Source of the DNA: Utricularia gibba
Taxonomy: Eukaryota > Plantae > Magnoliophyta
DNA length: 64,000 nucleotides
Reading direction: 5' to 3'
NCBI GenBank assembly: GCA_002189035.1
Contig: CM007989.1
Span: forward strand, 4,030,001-4,094,000
The position numbers and the translations under genes were made by a program. The notes below the pieces were generated by a model that made no database searches, was not told the origin of the DNA, and was given only the letters and a program-made list of their open reading frames with translations. Shown one piece after another: positions 1-14,615 of this stretch. Position 1 is the first letter of the stretch, and each line of letters starts with the position of its first letter.

Positions 1-397
1 ATTAGTGATATATAATTTTTTATATATTTAAATACTTTATTTTCATTTTAATTGATTGTTATAATAATATTAATAAGATTTGTTGTCCATTTGATCCAAG
101 TGCAACCGTCGTGGGTCGGCGCCACCACTCGCATCACGGCGTCGACAATATCGGGCAGCGGGGAGATGCTTGGTGGTGGTCATTAGCCGTCCATGGGGAC
201 GGACGACCATCAACAATGATACAATCCAATTGGGAAAACAATTAGATTTTTAGGTTTAAAATTTTTTTTATCATAGATATTCAAGAATTTTTATTTTTAA
301 TAAATTAATCTCATTTATCTTAATTGCGCACACATTGAAATATTTAGGCTAAAAAATTTTCTGAATCGGGTCGGTCCAGTAGCTTATTTCTAAAGGA

Positions 398-434
398 GGC
401 CCAGGCCCGGTACGACATTCCCTTTCTATAAATA
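398..434 (+). promoter_or_regulatory. Pol II core promoter (site II motifs plus TATA) upstream of the snoRNA
   Basis: GGCCCA (398-403), GGCCCG (404-409) and TATAAATA (427-434). No credible ORF follows. Site II plus TATA is typical of plant snoRNA and ribosome-biogenesis genes. Confidence 0.45.
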
Positions 435-640
435 CCAATACTAGGGCTACGAAATTTCAAATGCGATACTCAGACTCTTGCAGACGCCGCCGCCTCGAGA
501 TCTCCGGCGGTCGTCCTAGTAATCCCCTCCCTCTCGGATCGTTTGTGCCTTCGATATTCTTACTTTGCGATCGGTTTCGTTCCAGTGGCATTCGACTTGC
601 GTCTGTATTTCTTCTGCAAGGTGTGCTGTTGATTGGGGAG

Positions 641-796
641 CGTAGTCCATCTTGGCAAAGCTGAGGAGCCTTCGTGCTATGAGCAGCTTTGAATGCTAAT
701 GGACTGAAAGCAAAAAAGAAAAAAGGGAAAAATCTCTCTATTCTTTCTGTATTCCGCCGATGGATTTGCAGATAAGAACCCACGAGAGAGACATTT
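641..796 (+). ncRNA. Box H/ACA snoRNA; hairpin 1 predicted to guide 18S rRNA pseudouridylation
   Basis: Hairpin 1: AGTCCAT 644-650 pairs with ATGGACT 699-705, and CAAAGCTG 656-663 with CAGCTTTG 684-691. H box AAAGCA at 707-712, with 15 nt between it and the upper stem. Hairpin 2: TCTCTC 733-738 pairs with GAGAGA 784-789; ACA at 791-793. Pocket strands CTTGG and AATGCT pair with the conserved 18S sequence AGCAUU-UG-CCAAG. Confidence 0.7.
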
Positions 797-1209
797 CAAA
801 ATTCAAATCGTCGAGTCGTCTTTTTCCGATAAAAATGTGCTTTGTTGATTGGGCTCCATGGTGGCCCGTTAATACGTGTCTGTCCGCCCCCCGCCCTCCA
901 GGCCAACTATAACCGAATTTTAAGATTATTTTTGGACAAATTTATCCGTAAAATTAATTAACGAAATTCGGTGGATTATTTTTAAAGAAAATATTAAAAT
1001 TTTGAAATGATGTAGAGGGATGAGCTGAAGCTATAGATCAGTTGGTTTTGGGCAATCAAATGAAGACAAGAAGAAAGTACGGAAGGATTTCATCCATCAC
1101 CATAGTCTTCTCTCCCAGCTTCATCTTCCCACAAGACAAAAAAGAGAACAAAAACCCTAATTTTTTGTTATCTCGTTCACAATCTTTGTCACCTCTGCAG
1201 ATTCGTTGC

Positions 1210-1863
1210 TTAGAAGAGGGTTCCCACTTCATGATTCCCAGGAATTTCACTGTAAAACCAATTTGAGTGATGATGCGACTCTAAACCATCAAACGCCGCC
1301 AAGTTGGGGTTCCCCCAGATCGCAAGATCACTCAAGCTGGGGTTCCCCCGGAACCCCTGATCAGTATTCTTCTGAAAAAACCTGGAAACCGCAAGTGCGA
1401 GATCGTTGCTTGTGTCGTATTGCATAGTAGGCAAAGACAGGATCATGTGGTTGGGGATGGCGGGTGCAGTCGTAAGTTGGTGATCTTGAGTTCTTTTTGC
1501 AGGCGTGTTGGACCCCCTTTTGTTCCTCCGGTACCCACCGCCGACCGGGACATTCCGGAGCGTCCCACCTTTAGTCCAGTACCTTCTGCAGGACTTGCAG
1601 AAGTAGCGCGGCTGCGAGAGGCTGTAGTTGTTGTAGTAGCAGAACTTGGTGTTGGTGGAATCGCACCTCGGACATTTTAGCGCCTGCTGATCCATCGGCC
1701 TCGGCTTCCTGTCCTGCTGCTGTTTCGCTGAAACCAATACGCTCTCCAGAGTTCCCTGTCATACACATACACACATAAGTGACAATCCTTTCACCTCAAA
1801 TGCCCATCAAATAGGATGAAAACCACACCGCACCTGGTGGTGAAAGGAGTCTAAAGGATCCAT
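1210..1863 (-). CDS. DOF: Dof C2C2 zinc-finger transcription factor, 2 exons (1834-1863, 1210-1755), about 191 aa
   Basis: Contains [47 protein letters not shown]. Exon 1 [10 protein letters not shown] joins via a GT..AG intron in frame to [20 protein letters not shown], the typical N-terminus of this Dof clade. Confidence 0.93.
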
Positions 1864-1976
1864 TGGCTCCCCCTTCTTCTCAGAAGACCGGATGGTGGAA
1901 CGGGAAGACGTGAAAAGCAAGGATAAGAAGAAGGACCCAAGGGGATGGAAGATGCGTGAACCATGTGGTCATCTAA

Positions 1977-1994
1977 TATATATATATATATATA
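1977..1994. repeat. (TA)9 microsatellite upstream of the Dof start
   Basis: Read directly from the sequence. Confidence 0.9.
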
Positions 1995-2118
1995 CAAAGA
2001 CACATACATAGGGACGCCATTAGGATTCAAAAATTGCTCCTCTGCGAGCCAGGAATCCCGCTTCCGCCATCTGCTGCGGTCCCGTCCAGCCTTCGGGGCC
2101 CGCCGCCGCGGACCAACT

Positions 2119-4077
2119 GGGCCCACACGCACCAACCCTTGGACAGTGGAGAGGCGGACCGTAGTCTTTTGTTCGTCAATTATTACTCTGGACAGACGTT
2201 TGTCTTTTGTTTGGTTTTGGGGAGTCGCCGGTTGCGGGTCTTCATTGGTTGTGGTGTTCTCTGAAACGACGCAGTTTGTAGTAATTCTGCATCAAATGCA
2301 CTCAAATGATGTTGTGACACATAAGTGAACTGTTATGTGTCCAATGGTCAACATGTATCTAAATAAATTACTTAGGCTATGCTTGATTCTTTTTTTTTTA
2401 TATAAATGTTCTTAAAAATAATAATATTATTAATTGGAGATTTTCACTACTCATTTTAATCGAAACTTGAAATAAGAGCATTAAACAAATCCTCATTTAT
2501 CTATCTTCATTTTCTTAAAAATAAAAAAAAACTTTAAATTTCTATATTTTTAAATCACAAATGATTCGATATTTCTAAATCAATTTCTAAGTTATCTATC
2601 AACTTTTTAATAATGAGCTTTTTAAAGCTCAAAATATTTTTAAAATTTGATGATATCTCATATTAATTATGAATGAAGAGGGAACATGCTTAAATTAAAA
2701 AATCCTATTTATTGTACACTAGATATTTTATCTAAAATGAAAGCATATAAAACTTTAAGAATTGAATATTCAAGGTGGACTCAATAAGATTATAGATGGT
2801 AACATTTTACTCGATTATATTTGATAATAAAATTATTTATAAAGAGAAATTGTTTTACATATATGCAATGTTAGATATGATGTGCATGGGCCCCAAATTG
2901 AGACATAATGATAGGCGGTCAAAGATCAATTGACGTGACGATTTTATTTGAAATAGATGATTGGGATGAGAGGAGCAAAAGGGAATAAAGCAGCAGCAAG
3001 GAGATGGAATTGGAATCTCTGCCGCGCCACGCCACACTCGATAAATAAATAAATACATTATTATTTTAATTGGATTGGATGCGGTGCGGACTGAAAGTGA
3101 CTGGAGTTGGAAGATGGGGACAAATGGAGGCCCCACACGGACGAATGGTCGGAGTGGCGGGTGGCCCACCATCTTATTTCGTGGTCTCCAAGAACGGAAG
3201 AAAGAATGACTGTCACTCGTCTCTCCACCACTCACTGTATATAAATATTATAATTCAAGTCTTTATATTTCATGCATTAAAATAAAAAATACATTAAAAT
3301 TAGTCAATTTAACACACACATATTACATGGGAATGATTTTGAATTGCAATTTATTTATTTTTAATGTTTAGATAAAAATTTAATTTAAATTGATTTAAAC
3401 TAATTTTAAATTTCCTATACATAAGAAAATTGATTTCCAATAAGTTTAAACAAATTGTATGTATTAATTTTAAGAGCATGTTTAATTGTATGATTTATAT
3501 TTAAATTTACATATAAAATACTATTTGATTAACTAGTGTATATATGTCAATTATGTACATTTATATTATTAATATAAATGCATTTTTTGAATATGTAGAC
3601 AAATGAGTAAGAGGTACTAATTATATCTATATTATTCAATATTCAGATTTCTATATTTGGATATTAAATGTATATTTAATTTCATTATATTTAAATATAC
3701 TAATATTTTATTATCAAACAATATATAAAAATATTTAAGAATTAATGTAATAAATGACACGTGTGCTTATTCATTTATGGTTAAGAAATATATTTTTAAA
3801 GAATTTCTAATAAAATAAAAATGGGATCTTTAAAATTTATTAAAAATAAAAAAAGAAAAGAAGTCGTTCTTATTAAATAACAAAAATAATGGAAAACATT
3901 GTTTTGTATTTAAAAATTATAAAATGGTCATCATAATGCTCATCATGCAAGAGGGAACAATAATTGTAGTGCGTGGGTCCCATTTATATTCGCCCGTTCT
4001 TACGGGGACTGGTTTTACTCCTCGATCGCCGCCGTGCTCAATGTGGAGCCCACAAAAGCGGCGTTCTTGTGGGTCCC
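2119..4077. promoter_or_regulatory. GC-rich islands upstream of Dof carrying clustered TCP-type motifs
   Basis: GGGCCCAC 2119, GGCCCCAC 3129, GTGGCCCAC 3161, GTGGGTCCC 3973 and 4069. These lie in three GC-rich islands separated by AT-rich DNA. Confidence 0.35.
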
Positions 4078-4366
4078 CAGCCGTTACCACCAGCCATGAA
4101 TTATTAATTACACGTGCTTCCACCTGGGTCTCCGGCAATAAATGGGCTCAAAACTAAAAACGTGTTGGATAAGAGCAGAATCAGCCTCTTCCACGCCCCA
4201 AATTGGGCCATTGTGGAGGAGGGTACCCATAGGAAGGGAGAGAGTGGGGAGGCCTTGAAATAAAGGCCCGAAGATGTATTTCATGCTTGCTGCATTTGGA
4301 CACTCATGTATTGAAAGAAAACAAGCAGCAATAGAGCTTGAATAGGATCCAGTACCTTCAGATGCC

Positions 4367-5038
4367 TCATTCCTTGGTCATTAGGCTTCTCACCAAGGTC
4401 AGAATATCGCTTCTCATTCTAGAGACATGAGAGGATGTGATACCTTGCTTGATGTCTGAGAACCAAAGCTCATTCATGTCCTTGGCTTCTTGATTTGTAT
4501 ACCACTCACAAATTGCATGTGCTGTAGCAGTGACGTATAGCCCACAATCATAGCCGTTCACTTGGGTCGGCATGGTGGGGCAACCCATGTACTTAGCATT
4601 CGATTCCACATAGGAGATCACAGCCCGATAGACCCTCGTTGCATTGAGGGTGTTCAGTCCCCTGAGGCTGTCATGATGGACAACGACATTCCCATCTCTG
4701 TAGAACGCAAGCAGGCTCCAATGGGAACCTCCTTCAGCCATGTTCACATCTGCGTTGTCATTGATAGGAAAAAGTATCAGCTTCCTGGAAGACAGTTGGA
4801 GAGGTTGGAGGAAATCATTCAAGTGGGAAGCATCAGGGCACTCTTTGATCCAGAAAACAATCGAAGGGGACAGCAAGAGGAGGTCGTTTGATGGATAAAT
4901 TGAGGTTAGATGGCTGAAGTAGAAGTCGATGATGCGATCATTCAGAAAATGTGGACCACTGAGAATGCCAATGTCGGATTCCCTAAGGACAACGTCATTG
5001 TAGCTTAGAACTTTCTCATCAGCTTGTGTTCTTGGCAT
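4367..5038 (-). CDS. DEN1: NEDD8-specific protease 1 (SENP8/DEN1, Ulp1/C48 family), 223 aa, single coding exon
   Basis: VLSYNDVVLRESD, FLNDRIIDFYF, LILFPINDN, GGSHWSLL (His), HHDS (Asp) and QVNGYDCG (Cys). ATG at 5038; a probable 5' UTR intron lies upstream. Confidence 0.93.
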   Translation of the reverse strand: MPRTQADEKVLSYNDVVLRESDIGILSGPHFLNDRIIDFYFSHLTSIYPSNDLLLLSPSIVFWIKECPDASHLNDFLQPLQLSSRKLILFPINDNADVNMAEGGSHWSLLAFYRDGNVVVHHDSLRGLNTLNATRVYRAVISYVESNAKYMGCPTMPTQVNGYDCGLYVTATAHAICEWYTNQEAKDMNELWFSDIKQGITSSHVSRMRSDILTLVRSLMTKE

Positions 5039-6493
5039 TGGTACCGATGGCGTGAACCTGATCAGTATCATAGTAAAAAGTTCAGAATATCATAAGAAAA
5101 AAACGACTGAAGGTTAGAAACACGAGATTCGAATCGCAATGCCAAAAGTTCAGCATTTTTTTCATCAAAACCTTCATTCAATAACCCAACAGATCACTCG
5201 GAGAACCAAAACATAACCCCAAGTTCACTTCACTCGAGCATTTCGTCAAACACAGAACATCCCATCTCTAGTCATCTACTTGATCAGTGATCATTCTTTG
5301 AGAAAATTAGTCATTGAAGATCCACAGAAAAAATCCCAACATTCACACCATTATAGAAAGCAAGAGAACTCGCCTCGCCTGCAAATCAAAACAAATTCAA
5401 GTTCCCCAACACCTCGACAACTCAAAATCGTACACCACTCACTGCTCTTCGCAAACTCACTTCAATCAATCAATCAATCCTTGGTAACCAAACACCAACC
5501 TGAAAAAAAATTCTTTCAGAATCAAATCGCTGGAGTTATATCCGGCAGATTAGTAAGAACTAAGCAAGGATTGAATGAAAACCAAGCAACGGAAAACCTC
5601 TGGGGTTGAGAACAGCTCTTGGCATCATTTTACCCCAATCTCCAGATGCTTCTGGCACTTAATTCCTATCGGCGCTATCCCATTTCGTAGACGGTTAGCC
5701 CTTCAGCAAAGAAAGACGAGTATATTTTTTTCCCTCTGAAATTGAGTTAAAAAAATTAAAAAAATAAAAAAGAAAAACAGGGTGATCTAAAAACTAGATA
5801 AATAATCTGAAAACATCATTTTTGTAAGATGTTGCGACAATTCACATCTCCCTACCAGTAAAATAAGACCAATAAATCAAATTTATAAAAAAGAAACAGA
5901 ATTTAAAAAATTATTAAATTATAATTAAATCATAATCATCTATCTTCTTTTTGTATAAAATTATCCATTTAAGTAATTAACATTCATAATTTTATGTTTT
6001 ATGTTTACATAGAAAATATATCATATAAAATTAGAGAAAATCTCTTTATATAAACTATTTATTAATCTCATTCGTAATCAATGTTAGATTTATCTAAATT
6101 ATTTATGCCTTTTTTGGATGAGATCTTCTATCCTCTTTGAAAACGCAGCGTATCATTAAGATGTGTTTCATCATCAGTTGTATATCTGAATGTGGTTCTA
6201 ATATCAAATGTAATGATTCAATCTCTCTTTATATGATACTGATCGCTTCAAACACCTAATCCTTACGATATTACATTATTTACTTACATAGAATAAACTT
6301 CATGCTGAATTATAGAAAGTTTTTTCTTTATATAAACTATATCTCAATCCCATTTATAACCAATGTAAGATTTGACTAAGATCATTACATATTTTTAATC
6401 ATTCATGATAAAACAATTATATTGAATTTGAACTCTTATAAATTAAAAAAAATCACAATATAATTACAATTTAATCATAATTATATTGATAAC

Positions 6494-7598
6494 TGATAAT
6501 TGATTTTGTGTCAATTATATTTGTGTTTTTTAGAACTCACTTAAATGAGTTTTGCCTTCTTTTTATTTCATTTTCCCTATGTTGTTAGAAGAATTTTATA
6601 TCTTTCATACCACTTTGATCTTTTTGGAGGGAAAGTGCGTTTTGTGATTTTTCAGGTCCCGGATAAGATAAGATTCGCATCTTATCTTGAAAAACTTGGA
6701 TCTTAACCTAGAAGATATGTATCAAATTTTAGAAGATCCGGATAGAAGATTTGATGTGAGGCCATCAAGAAAGCCCGACAAGTTCTCATCATTATATAAA
6801 GATCCAAACGCGAAGATCAAAGGAATTAGTTAAGAAGGGATGACCAGAGAGTCAATTTAAGGTTTAGAGTCGAGTCCAGCATGTTTGGGATTCCTTTCCC
6901 TTCGTTTTTCATCAACTTTTGTTATTTAGAGTCAAACATGCGCGTGTGAGCACTTGCGGCTGAGGATTTGTTGTGAAGCTTTGCTTGTGGAAGTTCTGTG
7001 CATATGACTGTCTTACTATATTTTTCAGCATTTAATTTGAAGTCTGATTCTGTTTTTCGCAACGTTTTCTTTACCAACGTGATCTTTAGTACTATATAGC
7101 CCTAAGGGAATGTGGGAAAATCGAAGGTTGGCCTCAAACATCTAAGGAAAAGGGCTCAATCGGACATTGTTGGTAAGGTACATTCTGTCTAATCTGTCTA
7201 CGAGGTGAGAAGTTTAGGAGTTAAACTTGGGTGTGAGGAAAACATGGGTTATCACAAGAGGTGAAATGGTTCTGGTGGTTTGGTTGATTTCATAATCCCA
7301 CAAAATAAGGAACGGTGTTATAACGGTCACCGAGTAGCACTATTTTAACATAACACTCCCAAAGCTTGCATAAGCAGGTTAGTTCTCAAGGTTTGCACAC
7401 ACGCAATGACGAGTTTCAAGTAAAGTGGATCTTAGATCTAAGTCCACTTTTCTTATTGTTTTCAAAACCAAATCTTTCTTTTGTTTTCAATCTTTTTTTA
7501 GTTTTGTTTTAAAAAGAATATTCTCATAACAATTTCCTATGGATACGATCTTATTTTATTATTTCGACGGTTTCTGTTCACTTGCAAAATTACCATCA
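6494..7598 (+). mobile_element. Solo LTR, Athila-type family 1 (about 1.1 kb)
   Basis: TG...CA ends (TGATAA...ACCATCA) and near-perfect TSD ATAAC/TTAAC. Homologous to the LTRs at 30654, 34631, 48347 and 60863. Confidence 0.85.
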
Positions 7599-7950
7599 TT
7601 AACATAGATAAATTGAAATTTAAACTTATAAAAAATAATACCTATTAAAAAAACTAAATTTTTAATTAGGAAAAAGGTGATAGGTTTCCGATGCCAATTT
7701 GTTGGTTTTGACGATGCAATTTTACAAATAATTTATATTTTTTGATCATTAAATAATTTTACAAATAATAATGATTTCTCACGAAAATTCGAAATGAAAG
7801 CTCTATTACACAGCACCTTACCGATGACTTTTGCTACACGGCCCTGATGGTGGAAAATATTCAACGAATTAATACACAACATGGGGTACGAGGTCAGTGT
7901 CGTGTGACGTGTGTTTGTTGAAGAAGCAAACAGATAGACGCACGATCTTC

Positions 7951-9470
<1,520 letters not shown>

Positions 9471-11262
9471 CTTCTCTCTAATCGCTATAAAATAAACTGT
9501 ATCTCTATGTGCATGGCTATCCTCGTTTATTTATTTATATCTGAAGAATCCAGAGGGTAGGAGAGCTGCAGTCATTGGGAGTTTCTAAGAAGGAGGGAGG
9601 TAATAGGCGAGAAATCGCGTGTAGTGGATGATGAAATGGACCGGTACAGCCGCCGGAGATCGGACGGCTGAGATGGAAGGTCGACTTTCTAGTGTGGGGT
9701 CAACGGGAAGTGGCGTGCGTTCCCACTTGACTTTCTTCCTGCAACCAATCTCAAAGGTTGGAGACTGGACAGAAACAATGGGCGTTAGTGCAATTAATGA
9801 CAAGATGACGGGTGCTTAAATTAATTACTGTTTAGGATTAGGAAAGTAATTAAATATTATGACTTATGATTAATGCATAATGATATTAAAATTTTTAATT
9901 ATTTAAGTGTACTTTTTTATTATTTAATATTTAGAAAATTATGTAGATTGTTTTCAACATTTAACCTATATATATAATTGGTTTATAAGGAATTTAATTC
10001 ATATTCATTATTTTAAAATTAGATATAATCAATTTATATTATTTTAATATTTAATAAAATTGATCGTTACTATTTAAAAAATTGATATTCTTAATTCATA
10101 TAAATATTAATGACAAATAATTTGATATAAATAATTTTCAACTATTTTTTATTACGATAAAATTTATTTATTATCACCATGTGTGAAAGCTACATGGACT
10201 CTCGAACAAAGTAAAATTAAAAAGACAAATTAAGGTTTAATAGTAATTGAGATATGTAGTTCCCATTATATAAAGCATTTGAACTTTAGAATTAATTAAC
10301 ATGATGTTGGCCCATGATTTATTTAGCCCATTTTGTAACGTAAATCCTTAGTATAATTGATAATTGTGTGTCATACGAAGTTGTACACATACTGCTACTT
10401 GTGAGACGTTTCTTGGCAACAATGAATCCACTATAGCGATTCTTATTGTAAAGATAAAATACATTTCTTTTTGTGGAACATTTTGATTGATGATAATAAT
10501 TTTTATTCTATAAACTAGATCTAGATTTCTATAATTAAATCTTCAATCTACAACCAAATTCAAGTTGTATATTTTTATTTCTTTAATAGTTTGTATATGT
10601 TTGGCTTGGTTTTTGAATTTGATGTTTCTTATTGATTTGGTTCTTCTTATAAAGTCTTTAGATTTTTTATGAATTAATCTCTATTTGCTATTATAATCTT
10701 ATATTATCATAGAATTCTTGAGATAAATCACATCAATCGTGTTGTTTTTTAGTTTAATAACACAATTTAACTGTAATTAGATTAAAACTATCAAAGTCTA
10801 TCATTAATATGATTTGAGGATCAATTTTACTAACTAATAGAATAATAACAAATCAAATATATGCAATATTCAAACTCTGAAAATAAAAATATCTAAGATT
10901 GAAAACATTAAAAACTAATCTTGGTTGACATTTTAAACTTGATAACTAAATATATTTGAAATAGCAAAAACTAAGATCAATTATGTGAATAGAGACTAAA
11001 ATTTGGGCATCAAAATGTAGGGTTTAGTATTTATAACGGCCAGCATATGGATACACATCATCATTTTTATGTCTTGCTTAGTCAAGTGACCGTTGAATGC
11101 ACGACCTGACCCGGTCCAAACTTTATAATGGAAAGACCGTATGTGAATCCAGCGTCTGATCTGTACTATGTGGCTCTTTTTCCAATTTGGACACTCTTTC
11201 AGTTATCTACATTTTGAATGTAACTTTTGGGAATCTTCGATCCGGTTGGATGGTTATAGTGA

Positions 11263-14200
11263 GAGTGCATTTGATTGTTTGATACAAAGTGGATATAAGT
11301 GGGTTAATAAAAGATATCATTGTTTGGTATCTTATTAAATACTTAACTAGTTTTTAAACCAAAGTCTACATAAAAACTTTCATAAAACTAATTTGTGGGT
11401 ATTTTTTAAACCCACAAATTATATGGGTTTTGAGAATACCTATTCAATTTTTAATAATTTTGTCTTTTTTAGTACTCAAAAATTGAAAAAGTAAAATGAA
11501 TGATTGCAACATCCATTATATAGAAGACTTACAACAACCCTCATGATTAAATGACCATTGAAAGACTCACGGCGATGTAGTGAAAAAGTGGCTAATTATT
11601 GTCAACAATCTCTAGAAACATTCAAAATTGAGGTAAACATGCGTGCAGTAAACTTTTTTTTTCAGATTTAGCGTTCATGACCTAATAATATCCTATTGGA
11701 TGAAAAACTGATTACACTTAGTTGTTTTTAACATCAATGAAATTGTTTTGATTAGAAAATTATTATTTTAATTGCAAATTATGTATTTTATTTACATTGT
11801 TGATATGTAATATGAACAAGAGTTGGTTTTCTTATAAATATCAAACTCAATTCTACTGCAATGGATCTTCATTATGTATTTAATATCATTACGAAATGAT
11901 GTTTGATAACACTGTTTTTATTGTGTTTTTATATGTATTTTTATATGTGTTTTGTAGAGTCAAATGTCATTTAATGTACCAAATTGTCTACTTTTGTATA
12001 TTTATACTGTTAAGATGTGTTTATTGTGAAAATAAACTCAATTGAAAACAATTGAGCTGAAAATTCTAATATTTTCCTCTAGTATGTGTTTAAGTCTTAG
12101 TAGGGTAAGAGTTAATACTGTAACAACGCATTTTATGTGTTGACAAGTCAAAAGGGACAGAAAAGCTGTGCAAAATTCACTTTTTGCCAAAAGTAGTCAT
12201 CTTTTTGAAAAGATAAGATTTGGAGCTGAGATATCTTTTCTAGAAACCTGAGGAAAAGATGAAGCTATCTTTATTTTTGAGCTAAAAAAAGAAAAGGAAG
12301 AGAGAGACATAAAAGCAAACAATGGAGGGGAAAGTGCACAGTAGCGAAGTGGGAGCGAGGAGAACTACATTTCTCTGGTGAACGTCTCCGACGACCTCCA
12401 GATCTACACTTCTACACCATCTTTCCGCCCAGAAACTTGATTTCCAACAGATCTACGATCGAGAGCAACCGCTGAACATTTTATTTTCTATTTTCCTGCA
12501 CTTCGTTTTTGCGTTGAACCGCTACTGTTAATGTCTTCTTTTTTATGCTTTCTGCTGCATTTCGGTACTTTGTTGTGAATGATAAACTCTTTGTAAACCT
12601 TGTTTTAGCTTATGAACATGTTTCTGTTTAACCTTTTCATGTTTACCTTTAAGTTTCACATGCTTTTTTACTGTTCTTGTGAACCCTTGTTCTATTTTTA
12701 AGCGTTTTAAAGCTAAGTTTAAGCCTATGGACTCTCTTGAGTGACACAAGAGTCATATCCTAGTGTAAAACCCAGCTAAGTTACTTTTATTTCATGTTTT
12801 CTAAACATTCACGTTAATTTCAGTCTCTTTTCATCCCCGCAACTTATTTATTTCAGCTGCTGCTATTTTATGTCTTACGCACATTAGAGCTAAACACCCA
12901 GAAAAACCCCTTTATTTTCAATTAATGTGATAAATTTCAGGAAATTGCAACCATTCTCTGTGGATTTGATCTTTGCTTGTCACACTACATTAATTCCTGT
13001 GATTTGTGTAGTAGAATAGCTAGGTTTATAAATTTATTTTGATGCGTTGAATGTGCTAGATCGCGACATTTAACCCATTCTAAACGTTCATCAATGTTCC
13101 ATCTACATGTTATGGATACTCTATGTTGTATCGAATACCGAAGCAAATATCAAACTTGAATGATTTAATCACTAATTATAACAACATTGCATTAGAAGAA
13201 TTGAGAATGAGTAAGCATGTTTTTGGGAGATTATGTTACATGTTGGATAATTATGCTCAATTACAGAATTCTAAATATATATCTGTAAATGAAATGATTG
13301 CTTCTTTTCTCGGTATCTTGGCACATCATCACAAACAACATGTATAAAAGTGCAATTATAAGAGATTGACTCAGACAATTAGCAAGAATTTTCATAAGAT
13401 AATTTTAGCAATTTGAAGTCTTTATGATAAATTTCTTATGAACCCACAGTCATATAATGAAGATATATCACATGACTTCAAGTATTTCATGATATGTACA
13501 TTGATTGCATTGTTATATTGTTATATTTTTATTATATTAATATTGAAATATGAAATATGCAGAAATCTTTGAGATTTTAGATAGTATGCATATCAATGTC
13601 AAAGTTAACACAAAGGATAAAGTGAGATATACGACTAGAAAAAGTATTATCTCAACAAATGTTTTAGGAGTTTGCGATATCAAGTTAAATTTTATATATG
13701 CTCTTAGCGGTTGGGAAGGATTTGCTGCAGATAATCGAGTGCTTCGTGATGCTCTAACAAGAGAAAATGGATTATGAATGCATAAAGGTGAAGTTTAACA
13801 TTATCATATATTAGTAATGCTTAATGTACATCAATTTTTTTTAGGGAATTACTTCTTATGTGATAATGATTATACCAATAGTGAAGTTTTATTAACACCT
13901 TATTGCAATGTTCATTATTATTTGAAGAAGTTTGGCGTAGAAAATCAAGCCCCTCAAAATGTCAAAGAATTATTTAATATGAAATATACAAAGACACATA
14001 ATATTATTGAACGAATTTGGGGTGTATTAAAAATGTGTTGAGAGTATTTTACGAGATCCTTCATTCTACCCTATTAAGACTCAGAATCACATCATTTTTA
14101 TATGTATTTTGCTGCATAACTTCATATGTATGGAAATAACTTATGATCCAATAGAAGCAGATGGGATTACAACAACATTGAAGGTAATGAAGAAACTAAT

Positions 14201-14615
14201 TATGAGGATTTATTTGTTTCTAGGATTGAGTAATCACAAGTATGATCAAATTGGAGTGATAATAAAATCACACATCAAGTCACGCATCAAATCATCAAGA
14301 TTGAAAAATGGTTTGGAAGAAGTTATATTGAATCATAATTAATCATAAATTCCCAATTAGCGATAAACCCTAGATGACTCAATTTTATGTAATCAAAAGA
14401 AAAATAATGATTAATAATTCATTTAGTTCATAAGATCATTTTAATAATTTAAATATAAAATAATTAATATCCAAATATTAATACCATCTAACCAAACAAA
14501 TTGAATAGGTTAACCTTAATACATTAACCAAACAACATTTGAGTTTAATGTATCTATATCTAAATAAATTATATTCAAATTAAATTAATATATTTCCATC
14601 CAACCAAACGCATCC
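11263..14615 (+). mobile_element. Degenerate PIF/Harbinger element 1 (DDE nuclease remnant)
   Basis: Nuclease fragments at 13123-14342 (LDSMHINV, TNVLGVCD, GWEG, DNDY, IIERIWGVLK, LHNF). Imperfect TIRs GAGTGCATTTGATTG / CAACCAAACGCATCC with TGA/TCA flanks. Confidence 0.75.
11904..13093 (+). mobile_element. Solo LTR (Gypsy/Athila-like) nested in Harbinger 1
   Basis: TGATAAC...TTCATCA with a perfect 5-bp TSD ATGTT (11899-11903 and 13094-13098). It splits the 5' part of the nuclease gene. Confidence 0.8.

Noticed and set aside
457-783. ORFs 457..783 (-) and 461..664 (+)
   Set aside because: No recognisable domain. The region is better explained by the H/ACA structure and its leader.
1420-1680. 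+ strand ORFs over Dof, DEN1 (4562..4891) and MPK3 (7897..8292)
   Set aside because: Antisense shadows of real genes.
9880-11000. Possible foldback/MITE in AT-rich DNA upstream of MPK3
   Set aside because: Only short inverted matches, as expected in AT-rich sequence; no TIR or TSD could be fixed.
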